40,726 nt of DNA from Thecamonas trahens ATCC 50062 (Eukaryota > Protista > Apusomonadida), in the NCBI RefSeq assembly GCF_000142905.1, contig NW_013657672.1, positions 518,753-559,478 of the forward strand, written 5' to 3'. This document shows, piece by piece, positions 8,707 to 17,809 of this stretch (position 1 is its first letter; the number at the start of each line of letters is the position of its first letter). The position numbers were made by a program, and so were the translations under genes. The notes beneath the pieces were generated by a model that ran no database searches, was not told the DNA's origin, and worked only from the letters and a program-made list of their open reading frames with translations.

Positions 8707-10953
8707 TCACTGGCGGAGATCATCGGCCTCGCGCCGGCGGGCGACCAGCGACCGGTACTCGGCAAGGCGCTCGAGAGCGAGGGCTTCGCGGACGGCGGCG
8801 GGTACGTCTGGAATGGCGATGGCGACAATGTACTTGAGGGCAAAGACGGCGTGCTCGATTCCTGCAGCAATGAGGACGGTGTAGGCTAGGGTCTCAGCCG
8901 AGCTCGGGGTGCCTGGCATGAGCTTGGTCACTGTGTCGCGGAGATGCGGCGAGGTGACGAGTAGAAGGGCAGTGTTGGTGACAACAGCCACATGCGAGAG
9001 CGCCTCAACAACGTGCTGCCACGCGCCGATGTCCTCGGCACCACGCGGCTCGATCCGCTGCGAGAGCACAAATTTGGCAAGGTCGACTCGAGCCTCGATG
9101 AGGCCGAGGACGAGCGAGGTGAGGGCGCCGAGCGGAAAGGCGGCAGCAAAGAGAGTGACGTAGCCAAAAGTGACAACCAGAGTCGCGTACTCTTTGTGAA
9201 GCTGCGGTGCCGGCGCGAGCTTATGATCGTGGCTGCCTCCGTGGCCCAGAAAGCGGAGGAGCGCAGCCTTGGCAACAGGAACCACAAACTCCTTGGCGAG
9301 GCGGAATACCTGCTGGGTGATGAGGACCGAGGCGAGGATGGTGGCAAGCTCGTCGAGACAATCGGGCGCGCACGACTTGCCCTCGCCAAACAGCGGCGCC
9401 TCGCGGGCAAAGGCGACGTAGAAGAGGCTAGCGTACGAGTTGACGATGGTAAACGCAGCAAGCTTGACAATGAGTGCGTCGGCAGCCTCGGTCGCAGTCC
9501 GATGGTTTTCCCACGCGTTGAGCCTCGTCGCCACCAGCTCGTACACTTTGTTCAGCAAAGTGATGCCGAGGCCGTTGATCACGCCGCCGGCAATGGCACC
9601 GTATCGCTCGCCAAAAACCTTGCCCGACTCGAGAGCGAGCTTAATGCCCATAAAGCCGAGCATAGCGCAGATGACAAGACCGATGAGCAAGAGCGTGAAC
9701 GCTGCCGAGGCCGAGAGTCGGAGCCGGCGGCTTGTGCGGTTGTGGACGGTCTCGATCACGGCGTCGTCGGCGGGGAGGCCGACCGAGCGGAGTCGCTCCT
9801 CGGGTACAAAGGCAGCGCCGACGTAGAGGCCGCGGCGGGTGACGCCGGCAAAGCTCGGCAGTGGGCGCTCAGTCTCTTCGTGGTTGAGCATGCCCCACGC
9901 CGCAGCAAGGGTGACCTGCTGGCGCTTCCACGTCTCGAGCACAATTGTCGACCAGAGGAGGACCACCACGGTGTACGCCATGGTGATCCACGCCTCCTCG
10001 GATGAGTTCTGGAGGACCCACTGGATGACGGAAGTGATGAGCGCCGGGACAATGAGCCAGAGATAGGCCATGGTGAGATGGTCGACAAAGGCGAAGTAGA
10101 AGCCGACCGACTCGCCAAAGTAGCCGCGGATGGCGTCGAGCGCCGGCAGCGGGCCGCACACCTGGGTCCCACTCTGGAGCCGCGAGAGGTCCGGCTCTTC
10201 ATGGAGTGGGACAATGGCGTCGAGCTCGCCTTCAGCCAGCAGTTCAAATGGCGAGGGGTCGACGGCGTCACGGATGTAGCCGATGAGCGCCTCGATGCGC
10301 TGCGCGCGGAGAAAGAGCGAGCCCGGAGCAGCGTGCGGCGGGGCAGCGTCAACAAAGGCCTGTCGGTCGTCGACGTCAAACGTTCGGGCACCAAAGCGGG
10401 TTGGCATCTGCATGCGCGCAGCCTCGGCGGCGCGCTCGATGATGGGCTCGGGCGCAGCGACGACGACAGAGTGCATACCGGACTCGCGGGTCTCATGGAT
10501 GGTGCGGACGTGACAGCCGGCCGCCGAGAGCGCGACAAGCATAGCGGCGCGGCGAGACGAGAGGCCCGGCGTGCTTCCAATGGCAGTCTGCCGTGACCGC
10601 GGTGACATGCGGGCCATCGAGTGGACAAGCGAGGCGAGCTCCGTCTCATCGCGCCAGTCCTCCAGAGCATCAAACTCGTCAGAGCTAGACGCAGCTCTGC
10701 CTGCAGCCTCCACATCGTCTTCATCCGACTCGACCTCCCACGAGAGGCGAAGAAGATCTTGATGCGGCGGCGGCGAGGCCATGTGGATGCAGTCGTGCTC
10801 GAGCGGCGCTGCATGATCAGAGCAGAACACATCGAGGCAGTTTGCGCAGGCAACTCTCCCGCTCGCGTGCGAGGCTCGGTCTACTGGACAACATGGCGGC
10901 TCGGTTCTTGTGCTTCGGGAAAATGACTCTGCAGAAGATGCTGTGTACGCCAT
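8707..10953 (-). CDS. Anoctamin/TMEM16 (ANO10-like) with N-terminal AN1-type zinc finger
   Basis: Motifs IRGYFGESVGFYFAF, LETWKR, ENHRT, NSYASLFYVAF, FGYVTLFAAAFPL and DIGAW with multiple TM segments. N-terminal CxxCxxxFCxxHxxPxxHxC. Confidence 0.92.
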   Translation of the reverse strand: MAYTASSAESFSRSTRTEPPCCPVDRASHASGRVACANCLDVFCSDHAAPLEHDCIHMASPPPHQDLLRLSWEVESDEDDVEAAGRAASSSDEFDALEDWRDETELASLVHSMARMSPRSRQTAIGSTPGLSSRRAAMLVALSAAGCHVRTIHETRESGMHSVVVAAPEPIIERAAEAARMQMPTRFGARTFDVDDRQAFVDAAPPHAAPGSLFLRAQRIEALIGYIRDAVDPSPFELLAEGELDAIVPLHEEPDLSRLQSGTQVCGPLPALDAIRGYFGESVGFYFAFVDHLTMAYLWLIVPALITSVIQWVLQNSSEEAWITMAYTVVVLLWSTIVLETWKRQQVTLAAAWGMLNHEETERPLPSFAGVTRRGLYVGAAFVPEERLRSVGLPADDAVIETVHNRTSRRLRLSASAAFTLLLIGLVICAMLGFMGIKLALESGKVFGERYGAIAGGVINGLGITLLNKVYELVATRLNAWENHRTATEAADALIVKLAAFTIVNSYASLFYVAFAREAPLFGEGKSCAPDCLDELATILASVLITQQVFRLAKEFVVPVAKAALLRFLGHGGSHDHKLAPAPQLHKEYATLVVTFGYVTLFAAAFPLGALTSLVLGLIEARVDLAKFVLSQRIEPRGAEDIGAWQHVVEALSHVAVVTNTALLLVTSPHLRDTVTKLMPGTPSSAETLAYTVLIAAGIEHAVFALKYIVAIAIPDVPAAVREALALERLAEYRSLVARRREADDLRQ

Positions 10954-11221
10954 GGTGGTGGCGGATGGTGGTGGGTGGCTCACTGTGAGCTGTGGGTGGG
11001 CGGGTGAGAGTGGCGTGGTTGAGCCGAGCGGAAACGAGTGTGTCGGGAGCAGTGTGATGGGCTTTGGGGAGGATGAGGGGGATAGAAGGAGGGAAGACTC
11101 CATCGGAGGTGGTGATGATGACTCTATTGTAGGCAGGGCGTGAGGAGATGGGTGATGGGGATGGAGGTGGTGATGGTGACTCTGTCGGAAGTGTGATGAT
11201 GGGCGGACGGGGGGAGGGGGG

Positions 11222-11321
11222 NNNNNNNNNNNNNNNNNNNNNNNNNNNNNNNNNNNNNNNNNNNNNNNNNNNNNNNNNNNNNNNNNNNNNNNNNNNNNNN
11301 NNNNNNNNNNNNNNNNNNNNN
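11222..11321. other. Assembly gap
   Basis: N run between G-rich tracts. Confidence 1.
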
Positions 11322-11515
11322 TGGAGCGGGTGATAGAGGGGGGGGGGGGGGACGATCAAGGGGTAGATAGCAAGGGCGATCACCATCCGATGGGGTTGAT
11401 GACGACAGACATCGGCTCCTCGGCGACGTCAAGTGTGCAGAGACAGGTCGCCCGGTCGCCATCAAGTCGGTGACACACTTGTCTCGCCGCTGCCAAGTTG
11501 CCAAAGCCGAGAACG

Positions 11516-12343
11516 ATGGCGGAAGTGTATGTAGTGCCTGTGCTGGAGGACAACTATGCGTATGTGGTGCGTGATGCTGCGACTGGACGGGGCTTTGTGG
11601 TCGACGGCGCAGGCGCCACGGCTGTGGCCGAAACGGTGGCGGCGACCAACACTCAGGTGGTGGCCATTCTCTCCACGCACCACCACTGGGACCATGCTGG
11701 GGGCAACATCGAGCTCAAGGAGCTGTATCCCGAGGCGGAGGTCTATGGTGGCGACGATCGGGTTGATGGTGTGACGCAGATCATTGCCGGCGGTGTCATC
11801 GATCTCGGCGGCGTGCTCCGGATCGAGGTCCGCGCCTCGCCGTGCCACACCACCTCGCATCTGCTATACATCCTCCCGGTCTGTGCCGTGTTTGGCGGGC
11901 GGACAGGCGCCGAGGGCGAGCCAGAGGTGTTTGAGGATGCCCCGCTTGGCCTGTTCTGCGGCGACACGCTGTTTCTCGGTGGCTGCGGCAAGTTCTTTGA
12001 GGGCACCGGCGCACAGATGGATGCCGCGCTCAACGGCGAGGCCGCCATCGGTTCGCTGCCGGACTCGACGCTTGTTCTCTGCGGACACGAGTACTCGGTG
12101 GGCAACCTCACATTTGCGGCTGCTTTTGATGGCGGGAACTCGGCGGTGAGCGACAAGCTGGTGTGGTGCAAGGCCCAGCGCAAGGCTGGCAAGCCAACCA
12201 TCCCGTCGACGCTTGGCGAGGAGCGGCAGTACAACCCGTTCATGCGCGTCCGCGTGCCAGAGATCATGGCCAAGGCCAACTCCAACGATGCCGCCGAAGT
12301 CATGGCCTATGTCCGGACGACAAAGAACGGGTTCAAGGCCTAG
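11516..12343 (+). CDS. HAGH: Hydroxyacylglutathione hydrolase (glyoxalase II)
   Basis: Motifs DNYAY, THHHWDHAGGN, PCHT, FCGDTLF.GGCGKFFEG, CGHEY and PSTLGEE..YNPFMR. Confidence 0.95.
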   Translation: MAEVYVVPVLEDNYAYVVRDAATGRGFVVDGAGATAVAETVAATNTQVVAILSTHHHWDHAGGNIELKELYPEAEVYGGDDRVDGVTQIIAGGVIDLGGVLRIEVRASPCHTTSHLLYILPVCAVFGGRTGAEGEPEVFEDAPLGLFCGDTLFLGGCGKFFEGTGAQMDAALNGEAAIGSLPDSTLVLCGHEYSVGNLTFAAAFDGGNSAVSDKLVWCKAQRKAGKPTIPSTLGEERQYNPFMRVRVPEIMAKANSNDAAEVMAYVRTTKNGFKA

Positions 12344-12450
12344 CTGGCTACCCCTCCCCCCCTCCCCCCTCTTGGGCTCAGACATCCACACGATGGATCG
12401 TAAAGCCCGGCACCATTTCTACACAAGTCCATCATCAGTGATCAGGAAGT

Positions 12451-12515
12451 CGTAGTGGTCGTGGTGGTCGTGGTGGTCGTGGTGGTCGTGGTGGTCGTGC
12501 TAATCGTGCTGGTCA
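12451..12515. repeat. 9-bp tandem repeat (GTGGTGGTC)n
   Basis: About 5-6 near-perfect copies between glyoxalase II and RPB6. Confidence 0.8.
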
Positions 12516-12906
12516 TGCTGCACTGTGCGACTCGGCCGAGCTGTGAGCGACAGCCGACGGACGGTGCCTGGAGGGTGGCAGCCGAGAGGGAGGGCGAGTG
12601 TGTGTGTGTGAGAGCGAGGGAGGGAGGGAGAGACAACTTGACTCTGCAGCCTGTGCTTGGGAGAAGGTACGGAGAGTGTAGTGTTGCGGGAAGGGGTTGG
12701 GGTTGGGGGGGTATGGGGGGTTTGGGGTTGGGGTGGGGGGTATATAGGTGGTGGGGGAGACGCGGGGTGGCGGCCATCCCAGCGGTGCGGGCGAGTGCGA
12801 TGTAGCTGGGGGGTAGGGGGTAGGCAAGGGACTAACGGGAGTGCACGGGGGGTGTATGTGGGGTGTATGCGGGGCGTTGTCTGGAAGAGGGTAGAGGAAG
12901 GACACT

Positions 12907-13209
12907 ATGGACGCCAATGCCCCGCAAGAGATGGAGATTGTCGACATGGACGAGGCCAAGCCGACAACGCCCGCAGAGCGCAAGACGACGCCGTTTCTGA
13001 CAAAGTATGAGAGGGCCCGTGTGCTGGGTACGCGCGCTCTGCAGATTTCGATGGGTGCGCCTATCATGGTCGAGCTTGATGGTGAGACGGATCCGCTTCA
13101 CATCGCAAACAAGGAGCTCAAGGCAAGGAAGATCCCGCTCACCATCCGTCGCTACCTCCCGGATCGCTCGTACGAGGACGTGAACGTCTCGGACCTGATC
13201 ATCACCTAA
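12907..13209 (+). CDS. RPB6: RNA polymerase I/II/III shared subunit RPB6 (RPABC2)
   Basis: [26 protein letters not shown]...[24 protein letters not shown] probable 5'UTR intron runs GTACGG(12667)..GACTAAC..TAG(12894). Confidence 0.97.
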   Translation: MDANAPQEMEIVDMDEAKPTTPAERKTTPFLTKYERARVLGTRALQISMGAPIMVELDGETDPLHIANKELKARKIPLTIRRYLPDRSYEDVNVSDLIIT

Positions 13210-13391
13210 TATGCTGCGACGTCTTTTGCTCTGGTTGCCTTTGTTCCGGGCTGCCTGTTGCTCTGGTTCTCTTTGCGCGCCGCTTCTCCCGCGCAGCCGG
13301 GCACTGCTCTACTCTCTCTCTCTCTCTCTGTGTGTGTGCTGAGCTGTGGACAATGAACAACTTCTTGCGACTGGCACCCCCAAGGGAGCCG

Positions 13392-14327
13392 TCAAGACTT
13401 TTCACTGGTGAGGAGCGCAAGATAGGTGTCTAGGGTAAAGAAGGCGATACCATCGGACGGGCCAAGGTGGCTGTCAAGAAGCGCAAGGACGCTACGGAGC
13501 TCACTAGCCGAGGCAAAGGCTTCGCAGAGGAGGCCCGGGATGACTGCGACAGAGGCATCGACGACAGCGCGGGCGTCGTCAGCAACGTCGGCTATCCACG
13601 CGTTGGTCTTGCCGTGGTAGGTGGGATACGCCATCGGCAGGACAGCGGCGAGCGGGAAGAGCGGCCAGCGCTGGTTGACGGTCGCGGCCGCGTCGGCATG
13701 CATCGGATAGACAGCAGCGGTGAGGAGACGGTTTTGAACAGCGAGTGCGTCTGCTGCGCGGGCAACGATGCTCTGGACCGCGGCGGCGGCGCCATCGGGC
13801 CCGCCGCATCGCGAGCAGTAGCAGTAGTTGATGGCATCGTTGCTCGCATCGCCACGGTTGGATGGCGTGCGGATGTAGTCGAGATGCACGCCTGCGGCGC
13901 CTGGCACAAGCGCAAGCGCCTCAACGTGGCCCAGGACAAACTCGACGGCGTCTGGTGCCGACGGGCAGAGGAAGTGGCACCAAGCCGCGTGCGGCGGGGC
14001 ATGGCGAGCCGACGAGCCATCGCGGGCGATGGCGTACCATCCGGCGCGATCAGAATCCTCAAGCACTTCTGGCCGATTGCAGAGCAAGATCAGGTACCAC
14101 ACGTGGTACTCAAGGCCCAGCTCGCGTGCCCAGCCTGCCACCCGAGCCAGCAGGGCCAAGCGGTCGTCGTCGAGCGCCTCGTTGCCCGCGTTGCAGTCGT
14201 GAAGGAGGTGAGTGATGCCAGCAACAGCAGCTGCTTGGAGCTGGCTCTTCCACTCGCTCTCACTCCAGTCGCTGTGGGTGGGGAGCCACGCCCACAATGA
14301 GCGCCGAGATGCTTCTGACGTGGCCAT
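13392..14327 (-). CDS. Glycosyl hydrolase-like family 10 (GHL10/DUF187) TIM-barrel protein
   Basis: GLEYHVW, FLCPS.P, GVHLDYIR, CYC.RC, LTAAVYP, Q.W and PMAY motif order is typical of bacterial DUF187/GHL10. Intronless. Confidence 0.75.
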   Translation of the reverse strand: MATSEASRRSLWAWLPTHSDWSESEWKSQLQAAAVAGITHLLHDCNAGNEALDDDRLALLARVAGWARELGLEYHVWYLILLCNRPEVLEDSDRAGWYAIARDGSSARHAPPHAAWCHFLCPSAPDAVEFVLGHVEALALVPGAAGVHLDYIRTPSNRGDASNDAINYCYCSRCGGPDGAAAAVQSIVARAADALAVQNRLLTAAVYPMHADAAATVNQRWPLFPLAAVLPMAYPTYHGKTNAWIADVADDARAVVDASVAVIPGLLCEAFASASELRSVLALLDSHLGPSDGIAFFTLDTYLALLTSEKS

Positions 14328-14538
14328 GCGCGTAGGGAGCGGTGGGGGGGGCGAGGGAGGGGGAAGGGTGCAGGCGTGAGCGAAGATCAGCAAAACTGAG
14401 TCGAGCAATAGTTGAGGATGGGTATTAGGGGGGGGAGGGGGAGGTACACAGCTTTACTGCTTGGTTGGTTCTCACAACAGCCACGGACTGATGGAGGGGA
14501 TAGAGGAGCAACGTGAAGAGTGTGAGGAGTGAGTGAGC

Positions 14539-15519
14539 TTAGCTTGACGACTTGATGGACTCGTACGAGGCCGAGTAGCCGCCGGCGCCGGCGTTGCCGT
14601 TCTCGGCATCCGACGTGAGTGATGTCGACGAGGTGACGGTGCCGAGTTCCATGTCGGCGGCGTACCACGACCACTCGCAGCAGCAGAGGGCCTTGAGACC
14701 CGGCGAGCAGCCGTTGTAGAGCGGCGGCGGGAAGGGGATGAGGATCGGGGTCCGCTTCTTGTAGGCGGCGTAGCCATGGGTGTGGCCGTAGCGCTCATCG
14801 GAACCCTTCTCGAGGAGCGGGAGGCCCGAGACAAAGAGCAGAAGAGTGGTGATGATGATGGGCGAGAGGACGGCAGACCAGGTGCCGGGCGAGACGTGGT
14901 AGACCGAGGCGCCCGAGGCAAACATGGCCCACCAGAGCAGGATTTCGCCAAAGTAGTTGGGATGGCGCGAGATGGACCAGAGGCCGACGTCGCAGAACTT
15001 GCCCTTGTTTGCCGAGTTGTTGCGAAAGGCAAACTTCTGCTGATCAGCAACGGCCTCGATGACGAGGCCGATGACAAAGGCGATCCAGGCGACCGCGTCC
15101 CACCACTTGACGCTCACGTCCGAGTCATCGATGCCAGCGATAAAGGTGGCCGGCAGCGAGACGACAAAGACCCAGATGGCCTGGAAGGTCCAGAAGCCGA
15201 GGAAGGGAAGAAAGTCGCGGCGGTCCTCGAACCGCTTGTCCTCGCCGATGGTGAGGATGCGGAGGAAGAGATAGCCCGAAAGGCGAAGGGCCCAGGCCGA
15301 GATGAGGATGGCTGTCACAACCTGCCGAGTCGAGTAGCTCGCGTTGATGAACAGCAGCATGAGCTGGAGGAGGAGAAAGTTGGTCGCCCCCAGCAAGTCG
15401 GTGATCTTGTCAAACTGGCAGGTGTACGCCACGGCAAAGCCGGTCATTTGGAGGCACCACGTGACGAGCGCGCATAGGAACAGGTTGTACGAGTCGAACG
15501 AGAAGACCTCTTCAGACAT
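14539..15519 (-). CDS. DUF1295 / steroid 5-alpha-reductase-like membrane protein
   Basis: Motifs DKITD..G, GEDKRF, W.FQAIW, E.VADQQKF.F, GLWS.SRHPNYFGE, SGLPLLE and Y..YK..T. Confidence 0.92.
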   Translation of the reverse strand: MSEEVFSFDSYNLFLCALVTWCLQMTGFAVAYTCQFDKITDLLGATNFLLLQLMLLFINASYSTRQVVTAILISAWALRLSGYLFLRILTIGEDKRFEDRRDFLPFLGFWTFQAIWVFVVSLPATFIAGIDDSDVSVKWWDAVAWIAFVIGLVIEAVADQQKFAFRNNSANKGKFCDVGLWSISRHPNYFGEILLWWAMFASGASVYHVSPGTWSAVLSPIIITTLLLFVSGLPLLEKGSDERYGHTHGYAAYKKRTPILIPFPPPLYNGCSPGLKALCCCEWSWYAADMELGTVTSSTSLTSDAENGNAGAGGYSASYESIKSSS

Positions 15520-15662
15520 GGTGTTCAGTACCGTGTGCGAGAGGTGACAATGGGGTTGTGGGTAAGTGCGCGAGGTAGCGAGGCTGTAGTTTGTCTCTTC
15601 CATTTGTCCCGCCTAGCCCAGCCCACCTCTATGTCGTCAGCCGCCAGCCGACTTTGCTCCGT

Positions 15663-15722
15663 CAGCCGACCGTCAGCCGACAGCCAGCCGACCGCCAGCC
15701 GACTGCCAGCCGACCGCCAGCC
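15663..15722. repeat. 11-bp tandem repeat (CAGCCGACCGC)n in divergent promoter
   Basis: cagccgaccgt cagccgacagc cagccgaccgc cagccgactgc cagccgaccgc cagcc. Confidence 0.85.
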
Positions 15723-15790
15723 TCGGCCGACCGAACGCCAGCCGTCGTCACACACTCGACCATTCGCGCGGCAGAGAGTTGCGCCTTGGC

Positions 15791-17176
15791 ATGGCGACGC
15801 TGCTCAAGAAGAGCTGGCTTCTCGGCGCGGTGCAAACATGGCCCAAGGTACCGTCCTCGGCATACGTGCAGTTTATGTTTGTACGTGGTCTTGTTTGGTG
15901 TGTGTGTGTGTGGGGGGGGGGGGGGGGAGGGCTGAGGTAGTCGCCAGGGTGGGCAACAGAGGCCAAACCACGACCTTTTCTCCCACGCAGTGACGACCTT
16001 TTTGTCTCCCACCGATCAATCTCACGGACCAAGGCGAGGCACTCTGCTCAGGGCGAGGAGCGGCCTGGGCCGACACATACCGGAGTGGTCTCAGGGCTCA
16101 TTTCGGACAAACACCACTATGTGCCGGCTGTGCTGACGGGCGAGGCTGTGGCGGCGTTTCTGGCGGCCGACTGCGGCGAGCTGCCTGCGCTCCACGGCGC
16201 GATTCTGCACATCACCAACTTTGTCTTTGTCTCCCACCAGCAGCACATCGAGTGCTCTGTGGCAGCGTTCTCGTCGGTCGGCGCGTACGGCTCGATGCTG
16301 TTTGGAGACCCAAAGCCGATTCCGACGGCGGCGCTCGGCGCTGCCGCACCCGCAGCCGGGGGCGAGCCGGGCGAGGCTGGGAGCCAGCTGACGACGCAGC
16401 AGCTCTTTGTCGGCCTGCTGGACTCGGTCATTCCGGCCTCCCGCCGCAGACGCGCTGAGCGCGCGGCAGGAGCGTCGCCGGGAGCGGGCGGCGGCGAGAC
16501 CGCCTGTAACGACGACGATGCTCACGATGATGACGACGGCGCGCCGTTCTCGCAGGCCCACGGGCCGATGACCCAGGTGGCGCCGATGGAGCTCGCGGTC
16601 GACGCGCCACCTACGCCGCCGCTCGAGAGCGATCCGGCGGCGGCACCGGCTGACATTGTGCGGCCAGTCACGTACACCCTCCCGCGTCCACTGACCTCCC
16701 GCGCTCTGCTCGCGATGGCACGCATTCCCAGCGACCAGGACGTCATGCTCGACGCGTTGTGGGCTGCAGGCGGCACGAGTGCCGGGAATAGAGTACCGGA
16801 CGAGGCCGGCGACGAAGAGACCGGAGGGCGCGGCAAAAGCAGCGGCGCAGTTGCGACGCCGCGGGGCGGCGACGACCTCCTGCCGCCGGCGTCGTCGGCA
16901 ACCGCCGACGCGGCGGCCATAACGCTTCCGCACGCCGAGCTGATGGATCTCACCTCGCCCGAGACCGCATCGGCGTCGCAGACCTCGCCATTCCGGCTTG
17001 TACGCCCACCGCCTCCCCGCAGCGGACCGTCGTCTGTGGGAGCACGTTCGCCGGCGCCGAGCCAGCACCGAGCCCGGCCTCACCCACCGTCGTCATGGCT
17101 CTGCGCCCAGCGGGCCAAGCCGCTTGCGAGATGGTGGGAAGCGGTGACTGGTGCGGCAGTTGCACCCTACATGTGA
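15791..17176 (+). CDS. TPP1/ACD/Est3-like OB-fold telomere protein (putative); join(15791..15880,16052..17176)
   Basis: The spliced N-terminus LKKSWL...VQFM...LISDKHHYVPAVLT.EAV..F...L.GAIL.I..F...V..FS..G....FGDPKPI follows the TPP1/Est3 OB pattern and is followed by a disordered tail. Phase-0 intron GTACGT(15881)..ATCTCAC..CAG(16051). Confidence 0.65.
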
Positions 17177-17809
17177 GTAGTCACACCTCGGCCGGCTGGC
17201 CAGTGTGGATCAAAAATGCCGGCATCGTTGCGCAAATTGTTGTGCCGGCTCACAGCTGCGGCGACTGTGCAATTTTTTGTTCGGTTACTTCGTGAACAAC
17301 TGCGGATTTGTCGACGGCCTTGTGCCGTTGACCCCGTGCAGGGTAATGCTCTCCCAGAGACCGAAGAGGCAGTGGCTCATGGTCGTGCTTGTGCGGAGGT
17401 CGTCGTGTGGACACCGAATGGTTTCATAAAATGTCTTCATAACAATTTTTCGCTGCCGGTAAGTGTGGTTCGCCCGCTCACCGGCTTGGGTTCGATTCCC
17501 ACCCGTTCTAGATCGACGATTTTTCTGCCTTGTACGTCCGCTGCGCTACTCGCGCAGCACGGCCACTACTTCCACCTCTTCAGTTCTCAGGGCTCTTTTC
17601 GAAAGTGTAGGGACGGTTCTCTAGCCGCTCTGCGCTTCTTTCCCCGAACACCATATCACAGGATGCTCGCACAATTTTTTTGTTCCTCGCCCAACCCTCT
17701 GTCATTGCATGACAGATGCCGCCGACTCGCCAGCCGCCAAGCCCGCCAAGCCTCCACCCGCCGAGTCGCACATTCACTCCGCCACCACACCCAACTCCCT
17801 CACGGCACC

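Noticed and set aside
17400-17510. tRNA gene suggested by GGTTCGATTCC
   Set aside because: No convincing acceptor stem, D arm or anticodon arm could be built. Kept only as part of the candidate ncRNA.
17177-17809. Telomerase RNA next to the TPP1-like gene
   Set aside because: No CTAACCCTAA-type template on either strand.
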